Positions 25,286-32,392 of a stretch of DNA of 64,000 nt are shown here, piece by piece (position 1 is the stretch's first letter; each line of letters starts with the position of its first letter). The notes below the pieces were generated by a model. It was given only the letters and a program-made list of their open reading frames with translations, had not been told where the DNA came from and did no database searches. This DNA is from a virus. The position numbers and the translations under genes are program-made. The stretch lies in the IMG/VR virus record IMGVR_UViG_3300045988_150343; one strand, 5' to 3'.

Positions 25286-25303
25286 ATGAAGTTCTGTAAA
25301 GCG

Positions 25304-25846
25304 TTAGTCTTGGAGGAAGTCGAAGATTTCCGGGGGAAACTCGGATTCATCCTCAGGATCGGCAAGGTACTCATCCAAACGATCATTGTATTCATCGGCA
25401 TCACATTTCCGGGAGGAAGTGGATTTTTGGGATGGTGTTGATTGGACTTTGTACTGCTTCATTCTAGAGTAATTTGAAAGGATATAGTTAAACCTCGCTT
25501 CTTCGGTGGGAAGGTATTCATCCATATCCCAAATGTAGGTGCCATTAATTTCGGAAATATCGGAAGAGGTTTTCTTTAACCGTACTTCTCCATTAATTAA
25601 TGTTTGTTGCTCATAGGTTTCCCAATCCCGTCTAGCATCCGAAATAGTAACAACATAATGATATTTACCTCTAGCGGGTAAATCATTACTAGCATTTTCC
25701 TTGGGTTGCTCAATTGGATACGAAATTGCCTCCTGTTTTGGTGTAACGGGAGGCAATGACTTAGGTTGGTTGAGATGGGAAATGCCCCAAGCACCTAATA
25801 ATACGCATCCACCTAAAAGGAAGGTTTTAGTTACTGAGGCTCCCAT
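25304..25846 (-). CDS. Exported/membrane-anchored protein
   Basis: The N-terminus MGASVTKTFLLGGCVLLGAWGI is a hydrophobic signal or anchor with a possible LGGC lipobox. Confidence 0.5.
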   Translation of the reverse strand: MGASVTKTFLLGGCVLLGAWGISHLNQPKSLPPVTPKQEAISYPIEQPKENASNDLPARGKYHYVVTISDARRDWETYEQQTLINGEVRLKKTSSDISEINGTYIWDMDEYLPTEEARFNYILSNYSRMKQYKVQSTPSQKSTSSRKCDADEYNDRLDEYLADPEDESEFPPEIFDFLQD

Positions 25847-25848
25847 GA

Positions 25849-26136
25849 TTACTTCAAATTAAGGGGTGATTTACAAATGACGTATTCCTTAATGATATCC
25901 GAGAAGAACTTCCCTTTGGACTCGGCCTGAAGGAAATTGTTGTAAACGATGGGGTTTACCTTATACTGGTATACCCATTTGGGCATTTCACCGGGTTTAT
26001 AGGGTTTGAAAACCAGGTAGAGTCTTTTAGACTTTTCGTCATAGCCTTGGAGGTAAAGATTTGAGGAGTCTACTTCCTCAAACTTAATCCCCAGAATGCC
26101 CGAGAGATGTTGGATTAATTTTTCTGTGGTAACCAT
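25849..26136 (-). CDS. Hypothetical early protein
   Basis: A 95-aa ORF. No motif recognised. Confidence 0.5.
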   Translation of the reverse strand: MVTTEKLIQHLSGILGIKFEEVDSSNLYLQGYDEKSKRLYLVFKPYKPGEMPKWVYQYKVNPIVYNNFLQAESKGKFFSDIIKEYVICKSPLNLK

Positions 26137-26489
26137 ATTAGTTTGATTTCTGGGTGAAACTTCTTGTACATTTCATCAAAGAGGTCCCACATAGCAATTA
26201 CTCCATCTACATTGGTTTGAACCCAAGTTTCTTCCATGACGAATAGTATGTGGACGCATATCCCAAGTTGGTATTCTGGGATCCCGGTGATAGCCTCAGG
26301 CATTTCCTTGATAAACTGCCAGTACCTAATTCTTCGATCCAGTACCTCTAAGATATCATTGTTATTAAATTCAATGAGTTCGTTAAGTTGGTACTGATCA
26401 ACTGAATTAGGTACTGCCTTGAGTTTCTCAAAGGAAGTAATCTGGATATCAGCCAGCTCTTGGATTAATGTTTTTAATTCTTTTTTCAT
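26115..26489 (-). CDS. Hypothetical early protein (possibly a leaderless mRNA)
   Basis: The ATG at 26489 lies only 4 nt downstream of the -7 box TAaaTTTG (26501-26494). Confidence 0.55.
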   Translation of the reverse strand: MKKELKTLIQELADIQITSFEKLKAVPNSVDQYQLNELIEFNNNDILEVLDRRIRYWQFIKEMPEAITGIPEYQLGICVHILFVMEETWVQTNVDGVIAMWDLFDEMYKKFHPEIKLIWLPQKN

Positions 26490-26493
26490 ATTG

Positions 26494-26542
26494 CAAATTT
26501 AATTATTTATTTTATAATATGCAAATTTAATCAGAGCTGGTA
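26494..26542 (-). promoter_or_regulatory. Early promoter cassette
   Basis: On the minus strand: TACCAGCTCT (26542-26533), TTTG (26525-26522), a 20-nt spacer, TAaaTTTG (26501-26494). Confidence 0.7.
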
Positions 26543-26553
26543 GTAGATAGAAC

Positions 26554-27420
26554 TTACTGTGGAAGACATTTAAGATTAGGAACCCGTTCCTTAAGAGTTT
26601 CATAAACATTCTTGGGTACCTGAACCTCCCCCGCCCATCTGATGAAGAATTTAGATGGAACTTTTTCGGGGTTAAGGAATAGTGCTCGTTGTTCAGCAGA
26701 GAACTTAATGCGTTCTGCTTCCTGCATATAAGGAGGCATCTTAGTAAATTCTACCTGATTAGGAGTGATAGCGGATTTACCCAAAGCGATTCGCAAAGGC
26801 TTCTGTCTCTCTCTGTACAAGTATGGTACTACCTTCTTAGAGGGGCCTTCCAGAATAGAAAATCCGAAGAGGATAAGAGGATCAAACTTATCAGCTTTTG
26901 GGTCTTTTGCTCGTTTTACGCATCTTACCATCCAGGAGAGGGATTTCGGGAACTGGTGATTACCGTTAGGATCTCCCACATCCTTCTTATTGAATTGGAA
27001 GTCTGGGAAGTGAACCAAGAAGTCTTCGGTAAGTATGAATACAAACCCAAGTTCTCTAAGAGCCTTGATAATCTGGGTCTGGTTCTTCCCCTCATTGTTC
27101 ATTTGGATTATTTGCTGAAGGATATCCTCTCGGGGGGATTCAATTTCCTTAGCAGCTGCACCTCCTGTTGAAGGTCTACCCCTACCAGTTACCTCTCGGA
27201 GAGGTAGTTCTCCTCGAAGTTGGTCCAGGTATTTTTTGAAGGAGTCTACATCCTGTTGAGAAGTAAGGGTTACCTCAAATCGGGTAGGTCCTTTATGTAC
27301 TTGTTTAGGACCGGCATTATATTCAGTATAGGCATCTACCAAGCGATCTCCAAGGATTGCTCCATTGTTATCCAGGTGAGTAATTCTTAATTTAGGTTTG
27401 AAATTTATATCGTTTGCCAT
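26554..27420 (-). CDS. Hypothetical early protein
   Basis: A 288-aa ORF. No motif recognised. Confidence 0.6.
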   Translation of the reverse strand: MANDINFKPKLRITHLDNNGAILGDRLVDAYTEYNAGPKQVHKGPTRFEVTLTSQQDVDSFKKYLDQLRGELPLREVTGRGRPSTGGAAAKEIESPREDILQQIIQMNNEGKNQTQIIKALRELGFVFILTEDFLVHFPDFQFNKKDVGDPNGNHQFPKSLSWMVRCVKRAKDPKADKFDPLILFGFSILEGPSKKVVPYLYRERQKPLRIALGKSAITPNQVEFTKMPPYMQEAERIKFSAEQRALFLNPEKVPSKFFIRWAGEVQVPKNVYETLKERVPNLKCLPQ

Positions 27421-27440
27421 AGTGTATATTTTACATGAAT

Positions 27441-27482
27441 GAAGGAGATGAGGCTGGAAACTTCCAAATCCCCACCTCCTTC
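27441..27482 (-). terminator. Strand-specific hairpin after 27523..28116
   Basis: A 13-bp stem that is perfect only in the minus-strand RNA: GAAGGAGGUGGGG pairs with CCUCAUCUCCUUC using two G-U wobbles. The same two positions are A-C mismatches in the plus-strand RNA. Confidence 0.55.
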
Positions 27483-27522
27483 GGTGAAACTACCTAAACT
27501 TAATTAACTTTAATCATTAACT

Positions 27523-28116
27523 TTAATCTTCGTCCTTGGCTTTAGATTTCTTTTTATCCTTTTTAGCCTTCTTCTCTTTTAAAGGCTTTTCAGGAACAGC
27601 CGGTACTTTTTTAGCAGCCTTAGCCTCCTTTTCCTTTTTGGGTTTTGCTTCGCCTTTATTAGCGAGGCGACGTTGTTCGGCTCGATACTTTTTCTTTTCA
27701 TCGGCAGTCATCTCTCGGCCATCGATGAGAGGATAGTTATACTTGGTAGGAGTTGCAGCCTTAGCCTTTTTCTCCTTTTGAGCCTTTTCAGTTTCCTCTT
27801 TCTTAGGGGCTTTAGCCACATTGGCAGTAGCTTCCTTTGCAGCCTTCTTGGCTTTCTTGGCCTCTTTTTCGGCCTTTTGCTTCTTTTCTTTCATTTTAAC
27901 TAATTTAGTTTCGTTATGTATGTCATTATAAGGATAGTTATCCAGTACCTTATCCCGTTCAAGGTTTAACCTAGTGACCAAACGGGTTACTTCTTTGCCA
28001 TTAACTTTATCCTTTCTCCAGTCTTTCATTGGATTAAGGTTATGCCTCTTAAGATAATCTTTAAGAGCATTCTTAGCTTGAAGTAAAGCAGTTGTTTTTG
28101 TTTTGGCTGATTCCAT
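27523..28116 (-). CDS. Lys/Ala/Glu-rich H1-like basic protein
   Basis: KEKKQKAEKEAKKAKKAAKEATANVAKAPKKEETEKAQKEKKAKAA ... KPKKEKEAKAAKKVPAVPEKPLKEKKAKKDKKKSKAK. The N-terminal ~70 aa are non-repetitive. Confidence 0.6.
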   Translation of the reverse strand: MESAKTKTTALLQAKNALKDYLKRHNLNPMKDWRKDKVNGKEVTRLVTRLNLERDKVLDNYPYNDIHNETKLVKMKEKKQKAEKEAKKAKKAAKEATANVAKAPKKEETEKAQKEKKAKAATPTKYNYPLIDGREMTADEKKKYRAEQRRLANKGEAKPKKEKEAKAAKKVPAVPEKPLKEKKAKKDKKKSKAKDED

Positions 28117-28137
28117 ATAATTGGGATATGTATAATC

Positions 28138-28527
28138 CTATAGTGGGAGTTCCTTTATAAAAGTTGGGATTTCCCGGATTTCTAGGATAACTATTTTTGG
28201 TCCTTCCCTTGTATCATTCATTTGCCTAACAAAATATTCAAAATCGTCTTGGGATATATCCGTAAGAACTGCCCTAAACTTTCTATCGGGTAGACCTGGA
28301 AAGGCCTGAATATAGGTAACATCTAGAATATGTCCCTTAAATACAACTAATTTAATTGATTGAGTTAAATGCTTAATTCTAGATATCAACTGGTTCCTCC
28401 TAATACGGGAGGATTGAGACTTCCCAGGAGAATCCTTATATTGAACTGCCCTGACTAATTCAGAGGATAATTCATCTAAGGTTTCCTTAAGCCTTAAGAT
28501 GTAGGTTCTGATGTTTGATTTATCCAT
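28138..28527 (-). CDS. Hypothetical early protein
   Basis: A 129-aa ORF. No motif recognised. Confidence 0.5.
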   Translation of the reverse strand: MDKSNIRTYILRLKETLDELSSELVRAVQYKDSPGKSQSSRIRRNQLISRIKHLTQSIKLVVFKGHILDVTYIQAFPGLPDRKFRAVLTDISQDDFEYFVRQMNDTREGPKIVILEIREIPTFIKELPL

Positions 28528-28730
28528 AAAATAGAGAATATTTCTTGTTGAACGGGTTCAGGTAGTTGTTGGAGTTTCATTTTAAGAAGATAAACAGCCC
28601 TATCATGAACATCATAAAAGGCCATCTTATCCTCTTGGGTTTCTAAAACAAAATCCTCTTGGGTTAATTGCCTTCGGTAAGTTTTAATCAAACAATCCAA
28701 AGCAAGTACTTCAATAAGCAGATCTTCCAT
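28494..28730 (-). CDS. Hypothetical early protein
   Basis: A 78-aa ORF. No motif recognised. Confidence 0.45.
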   Translation of the reverse strand: MEDLLIEVLALDCLIKTYRRQLTQEDFVLETQEDKMAFYDVHDRAVYLLKMKLQQLPEPVQQEIFSILWINQTSEPTS

Positions 28731-28747
28731 ACCTCTAGAAATAAAAA

Positions 28748-28784
28748 GAGGGAGAGCCTATCCTCTTTTAGGTGGCTCTCCCTC
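28748..28784 (-). terminator. Hairpin after 28826..29242
   Basis: GAGGGAGAGCC (28748-28758) pairs perfectly with GGCTCTCCCTC (28774-28784). Confidence 0.65.
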
Positions 28785-28825
28785 GACCTTGATTATTTTA
28801 TGAGTAAAGTAAGGGTTTTTCGGAT

Positions 28826-29242
28826 TTAGTCCTCACCGGTAATATCCCCCTCCTCGTCTGAGTCTTCTTCCTCTACCTGGCCCTTTTTGTGTTTAGGTTT
28901 AGAGAAATTGCCATGATTCTTCTTCGACTTGATGGTGAGTTCTCCTGGGACGAATGTTGTGCTGGTTCCGATTACGTTGCCCTCGGCATCAGTAACTACT
29001 GAAGTAACCAGGACTCCCATATAGGTACCACCTACCTTAACCGGATGACCGTAGTTAGTAACTTTGGTACCGTTTGCGCCAAAGATAACATCGATGGATT
29101 TCGAGTTAGGTCGCTGCTCGGCAGGACGATTCTTAATTGCTTCGAGACGAGCTTTTTTCTTTGCAGCCTTCTCTTCAGGAGTCATAACCTTTTTGGTTGA
29201 TGCCTTAGGGGCATCCTTTTTTGTAGCTTTCTTTGTAGCCAT
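28826..29242 (-). CDS. Protein with a basic K/A-rich N-terminus, beta-rich core and acidic tail
   Basis: MATKKATKKDAPKASTKKVMTPEEKAAKKKARLEAIKNRP... then a globular region, then ...KKGQVEEEDSDEEGDITGED. Confidence 0.6.
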   Translation of the reverse strand: MATKKATKKDAPKASTKKVMTPEEKAAKKKARLEAIKNRPAEQRPNSKSIDVIFGANGTKVTNYGHPVKVGGTYMGVLVTSVVTDAEGNVIGTSTTFVPGELTIKSKKNHGNFSKPKHKKGQVEEEDSDEEGDITGED

Positions 29243-29299
29243 TTTGTGTTGAGTTTTGTTTAGTTTATAAATATAAGTTAATTGGGTTTAAGTTAAGGA

Positions 29300-29339
29300 A
29301 GCTAACCCAACCTTTCGGAAGGATATAGTTGGGTTAGCT
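29300..29339 (-). terminator. Hairpin after 29362..30021
   Basis: AGCTAACCCAAC (29300-29311) pairs perfectly with GTTGGGTTAGCT (29328-29339). Confidence 0.65.
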
Positions 29340-29361
29340 AATTTTAGGAATGAAGTCTAGA

Positions 29362-30021
29362 TTACTTCTTTCCCTTTTTACCTTTATTGGCTTTAGGAAG
29401 AGAAATCCCCATTTCCTTGGCTATTGCCTTGCGGAGCTTCTCTACATCGTCTTCGTCAAAGTCATCTGGGTCAGTTTCGAGTTCATGATCATCGCATACA
29501 TCCTCGAGTTCCTCGAAGTCCATATCGGCGAGATCCTCTCCGGTAAGTTCTTCGTCGGAGTCGTCGTCTTCTTCTTCCTCCTCGTCTTCGTCGGAGTCGT
29601 CGTCGTCTTCTTCCTCCTCCTCGTCTTCGTCGGAGTCTTCATCATCTTCTTCCTCCTCGTCTTCGTCTTCTTCGTCTTCGTCTTCGTCGTCTTCTTCGTC
29701 TTCGTCTTCGTCGGAGTCTTCGTCGTCTTCTTCGTCTTCGTCGGAGTCGTCGTCTTCCTCCTCGTCGGAGTCGTCGTCTTCCTCCTCGTCGTCTTCGTCC
29801 TCGTCGTCTTCGTCCTCGTCGTCCTCGTCGTCTTCGTCCTCGTCGTCGTCGGAGTCTTCGTCGGAACCGAAGAAAGAAGATACCTGTTCTGCAGTAAGTT
29901 TAATAGGATTAGGTATAAACTGAAGAGTACCATCTTCGAATTTGATGATAACTCCGCCCTCAACTTCCAGGCGTTCTACTTCAGCAACTGCTGCCTTCTT
30001 TTCTGTTTTTTTCTTTGCCAT
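29362..30021 (-). CDS. Polyacidic protein (~115-residue Asp/Glu/Ser tract)
   Basis: A basic/beta N-terminus (MAKKKTEKKAAVAEVERLEVEGGVIIKFEDGTLQF...), then SDEDSDDDEDEDDEDDEDEDD...DDDSDEE, then an acidic-helical end and a basic tail (KANKGKKGKK). The gene is bracketed by its own terminator. The other-frame and antisense ORFs here are repeat shadows. Confidence 0.7.
   Translation of the reverse strand: MAKKKTEKKAAVAEVERLEVEGGVIIKFEDGTLQFIPNPIKLTAEQVSSFFGSDEDSDDDEDEDDEDDEDEDDEDEDDEEEDDDSDEEEDDDSDEDEEDDEDSDEDEDEEDDEDEDEEDEDEEEEDDEDSDEDEEEEEDDDDSDEDEEEEEDDDSDEELTGEDLADMDFEELEDVCDDHELETDPDDFDEDDVEKLRKAIAKEMGISLPKANKGKKGKK
29545..29870. repeat. Low-complexity GAN-codon (gtc/ttc/ctc on the plus strand) tract
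   Basis: About 325 nt of degenerate trinucleotide repeats encoding the D/E/S tract. Open in several frames. Confidence 0.9.
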
Positions 30022-30055
30022 TTCTGTATGGTTTAAAATGTTAATATATGGTTTA

Positions 30056-30307
30056 TTAATTCTCTGCTTTGATGAGCTTCCTTAATTGAGGTCCCTCATT
30101 TCCGAAAGCATTATTCTCATCTCCGAAAGTATCATTATATTTGATAACCTCATCATTATATTTGATAACCTCATCTAGAATAGCTTGAAACTCTATTTGA
30201 GAAGTAATTTCTCGCCTTTCTATTACTTGACTTGGATCATCCTTCAGGCATATTATATAGGTACCTGAGTAGGGATTTGGGGTTTTAACTGTTTGAACGT
30301 TGGGCAT
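30056..30307 (-). CDS. Small hypothetical protein containing a 7-aa tandem duplication
   Basis: An 83-aa ORF. DEVIKYN-DEVIKYN is encoded by a perfect 2 x 21-bp repeat. Confidence 0.5.
   Translation of the reverse strand: MPNVQTVKTPNPYSGTYIICLKDDPSQVIERREITSQIEFQAILDEVIKYNDEVIKYNDTFGDENNAFGNEGPQLRKLIKAEN
30131..30172. repeat. Perfect 21-bp tandem duplication
   Basis: atcattatatttgataacctc at 30131-30151 and again at 30152-30172. Confidence 0.95.
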
Positions 30308-30953
30308 TTTGAGCTCTTTTTAAGTTTTTAATTTCGTTGGTGTACCAGGTTCGAGTATACCCAGGTATTTTCCCTCCGCCTTCAAATTGGTACCAAAGGA
30401 ACCTTTTATCGGGTTTCTGCCCTGGCCTGGAACTCATGTAGAGTTTCTTTGGATAAATATATGTTACCCCTTCAATAGTCTGGCTTGAAGTTATATAAGC
30501 CGGGCAATAAGAGTTACCCTTAAAATCTTTCGGGGTTTCATCTACATCCTTGAACTCTGAGAGAGGTACAAAGCCATAGAATAGGAATTGTTTAGCTATG
30601 CACTTTAACCTATGATTAGATACTTCATAACTAGAGGTTTCTCGGCATACTTCATTGAATTGGTTCCAAAGCTTTTCCCTATATTTTCTAGCAATTCTAA
30701 AGGCCTTATGAAGGGAGATTTGTTTTTTGTTTCGGGCATATAGGAATAATGCCAGATCGGCAACTAACCATCGGAGAGGTCTAATTCGACCATCATGACC
30801 TATAGGTCCATATTCTGGGGTTTCCTTAAATTCTATCCAGAAGTCAGTTTGGCCTTTATCGGAAAGTCTATTATAGACTCTGTAAGATAGCCTTACGCAA
30901 TTGATATCTCTTTTCCTTTCGATATCTAATATCAAGTCCTTCATTGTACCCAT
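30285..30953 (-). CDS. Hypothetical protein
   Basis: A 222-aa ORF. No motif recognised. Confidence 0.55.
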   Translation of the reverse strand: MGTMKDLILDIERKRDINCVRLSYRVYNRLSDKGQTDFWIEFKETPEYGPIGHDGRIRPLRWLVADLALFLYARNKKQISLHKAFRIARKYREKLWNQFNEVCRETSSYEVSNHRLKCIAKQFLFYGFVPLSEFKDVDETPKDFKGNSYCPAYITSSQTIEGVTYIYPKKLYMSSRPGQKPDKRFLWYQFEGGGKIPGYTRTWYTNEIKNLKRAQNAQRSNS

Positions 30954-31386
30954 AGAGAGCTAGAGCATAAAAGTTATTAAAATTCTTTCTTCCCAATCGA
31001 ATAGCTCGATACATTCTAGTACGGTAATATCTTCTCCGATGTTTATCCACCAAATACTCAGGGGGAGTAATAAATCGGGGTGTAATCTTAGGATGGCCCT
31101 TGAAAAAGATGTGTCTACCCCACTTCTTTTGAAAATGAGTTATACCCATTTTAATAAGGTTTTTACCCTTAATAATATGGATATAACTCAAGACATCAAC
31201 TCCAAAGTAAATGGATAAAGTTCGCTTAGCATGAAATCGAGTAAAATAGGGAGTAGAACAGAAGTGCTTCTTGTATAAGAACTTCTTCTTTTCGGGAGAA
31301 TACTTCCAATATTCCTTAGGCCTCCATGTCCAAACATAATAATAGTTCGGATTTACTATGCCGTATGTCTCCCGAATCCTTGTCAT
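30871..31386 (-). CDS. Very basic hypothetical protein
   Basis: A 171-aa Arg/Lys/Tyr-rich ORF. It overlaps the downstream ORF by 83 nt, so one of the two starts is uncertain. Confidence 0.5.
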   Translation of the reverse strand: MTRIRETYGIVNPNYYYVWTWRPKEYWKYSPEKKKFLYKKHFCSTPYFTRFHAKRTLSIYFGVDVLSYIHIIKGKNLIKMGITHFQKKWGRHIFFKGHPKITPRFITPPEYLVDKHRRRYYRTRMYRAIRLGRKNFNNFYALALYGYNEGLDIRYRKEKRYQLRKAILQSL

Positions 31387-31709
31387 TCTGCAGCTTCCTC
31401 CTCTTTTTTAGGGTTGGTGTCGGAAGCTTTTGTTTCTCTAGCCTTAAAAGGAGCTAAGGAGTTAAGATTTACTCCCACCAGCATAAGAGTTTCTCTGGCT
31501 GCCTGGAAAATTCCGGCATTAAATCCGCAGCTGAAAGCTTCGAATAGTTCATCACTCTTCTCTTTAGGAACTTCGGCTATTCCCTGAGGAAACTTTACCT
31601 GAAGGAACTTGTCGAATGATGCAACATGGAGCTTGAGCAGATAACTTTTGGCTGCCTCTTCAAGGCTGATCCCCTGATTAGGGGTTGGGTTGGTTTTTTC
31701 TGTACTCAT
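31383..31709 (-). CDS. Hypothetical protein
   Basis: A 108-aa ORF with a 4-nt overlap with the next gene. Confidence 0.5.
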   Translation of the reverse strand: MSTEKTNPTPNQGISLEEAAKSYLLKLHVASFDKFLQVKFPQGIAEVPKEKSDELFEAFSCGFNAGIFQAARETLMLVGVNLNSLAPFKARETKASDTNPKKEEEAAE

Positions 31710-31718
31710 TTTTTTTAA

Positions 31719-32300
31719 TTATTTAGATGTTTGTTGTGCCTGGCGTATTTTGCGTTTAGCAGCTGTATGCCAGAGTTTAATAGATTTCTCGTTAGCATCG
31801 GGGAACTTCTTGAGGACTCTTCTCTTAATACGTTCTATATCGTAACCCTTTGAAGTAAGTTCAAAGACATAAGATTTTTTGGTGCCTTTTATAAGGTTAT
31901 GTTCATCCCTTTCCCGAGGAGCTTTCTTTGTCCGAGGTTTGGGAATTCCTCTAACCCTTTTTCTTCGAGGCTCTCCCGTTTCTGGATCTTCTCCAAGATA
32001 ACCCAATCGAAGTCGGTTACTTCTTAATGGGTCCTTTTCACTGTAACCCAGTGAAGCAAGGTGTTCATCCATCCAGTCGTCATATTTATCTAGTAAAGTT
32101 GGGTCTGGAGCTTGGTTTGCCCGGTTAATGTAGAATTGGAGTCTTCCCCAATCAGAGTTTACCACATCTACAAAGGGCATACCCAGAACGACTGCCATTC
32201 TTTGAGCATCTTTGAAAGTGTGAGCAGAACCCATTCGTCCAAGAAGCTTAGCCTTTCCAGGGTGCATATTCTGGAGCTTGGATTGTTTTTTCTTTGCCAT
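31719..32300 (-). CDS. Hypothetical basic protein
   Basis: A 193-aa ORF, the first gene after the promoter at 32335..32392. Confidence 0.55.
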   Translation of the reverse strand: MAKKKQSKLQNMHPGKAKLLGRMGSAHTFKDAQRMAVVLGMPFVDVVNSDWGRLQFYINRANQAPDPTLLDKYDDWMDEHLASLGYSEKDPLRSNRLRLGYLGEDPETGEPRRKRVRGIPKPRTKKAPRERDEHNLIKGTKKSYVFELTSKGYDIERIKRRVLKKFPDANEKSIKLWHTAAKRKIRQAQQTSK

Positions 32301-32334
32301 ATTTAAAATATTATTGAGTTAAATTTTTACTTTG

Positions 32335-32392
32335 CAAATTTAGATATAATTTTTGAATTGACAAAATTATTTTTCACAATTCAAGAGCTGGT
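32335..32392 (-). promoter_or_regulatory. Early promoter cassette (overlaps the 3' end of 32367..33353)
   Basis: On the minus strand: ACCAGCTCT (32392-32384), TTTG (32365-32362), a 19-nt spacer, TAaaTTTG (32342-32335). Confidence 0.65.

Noticed and set aside
29350-30036. 228-aa plus-strand Val/Phe-rich ORF and the 173-aa Thr/Lys/Arg-rich minus-strand ORF 29442..29963
   Set aside because: Both are alternative-frame shadows of the GAN-codon repeat. Only the Asp/Glu frame has a sensible non-repetitive N- and C-terminus and fits the promoter/terminator layout.
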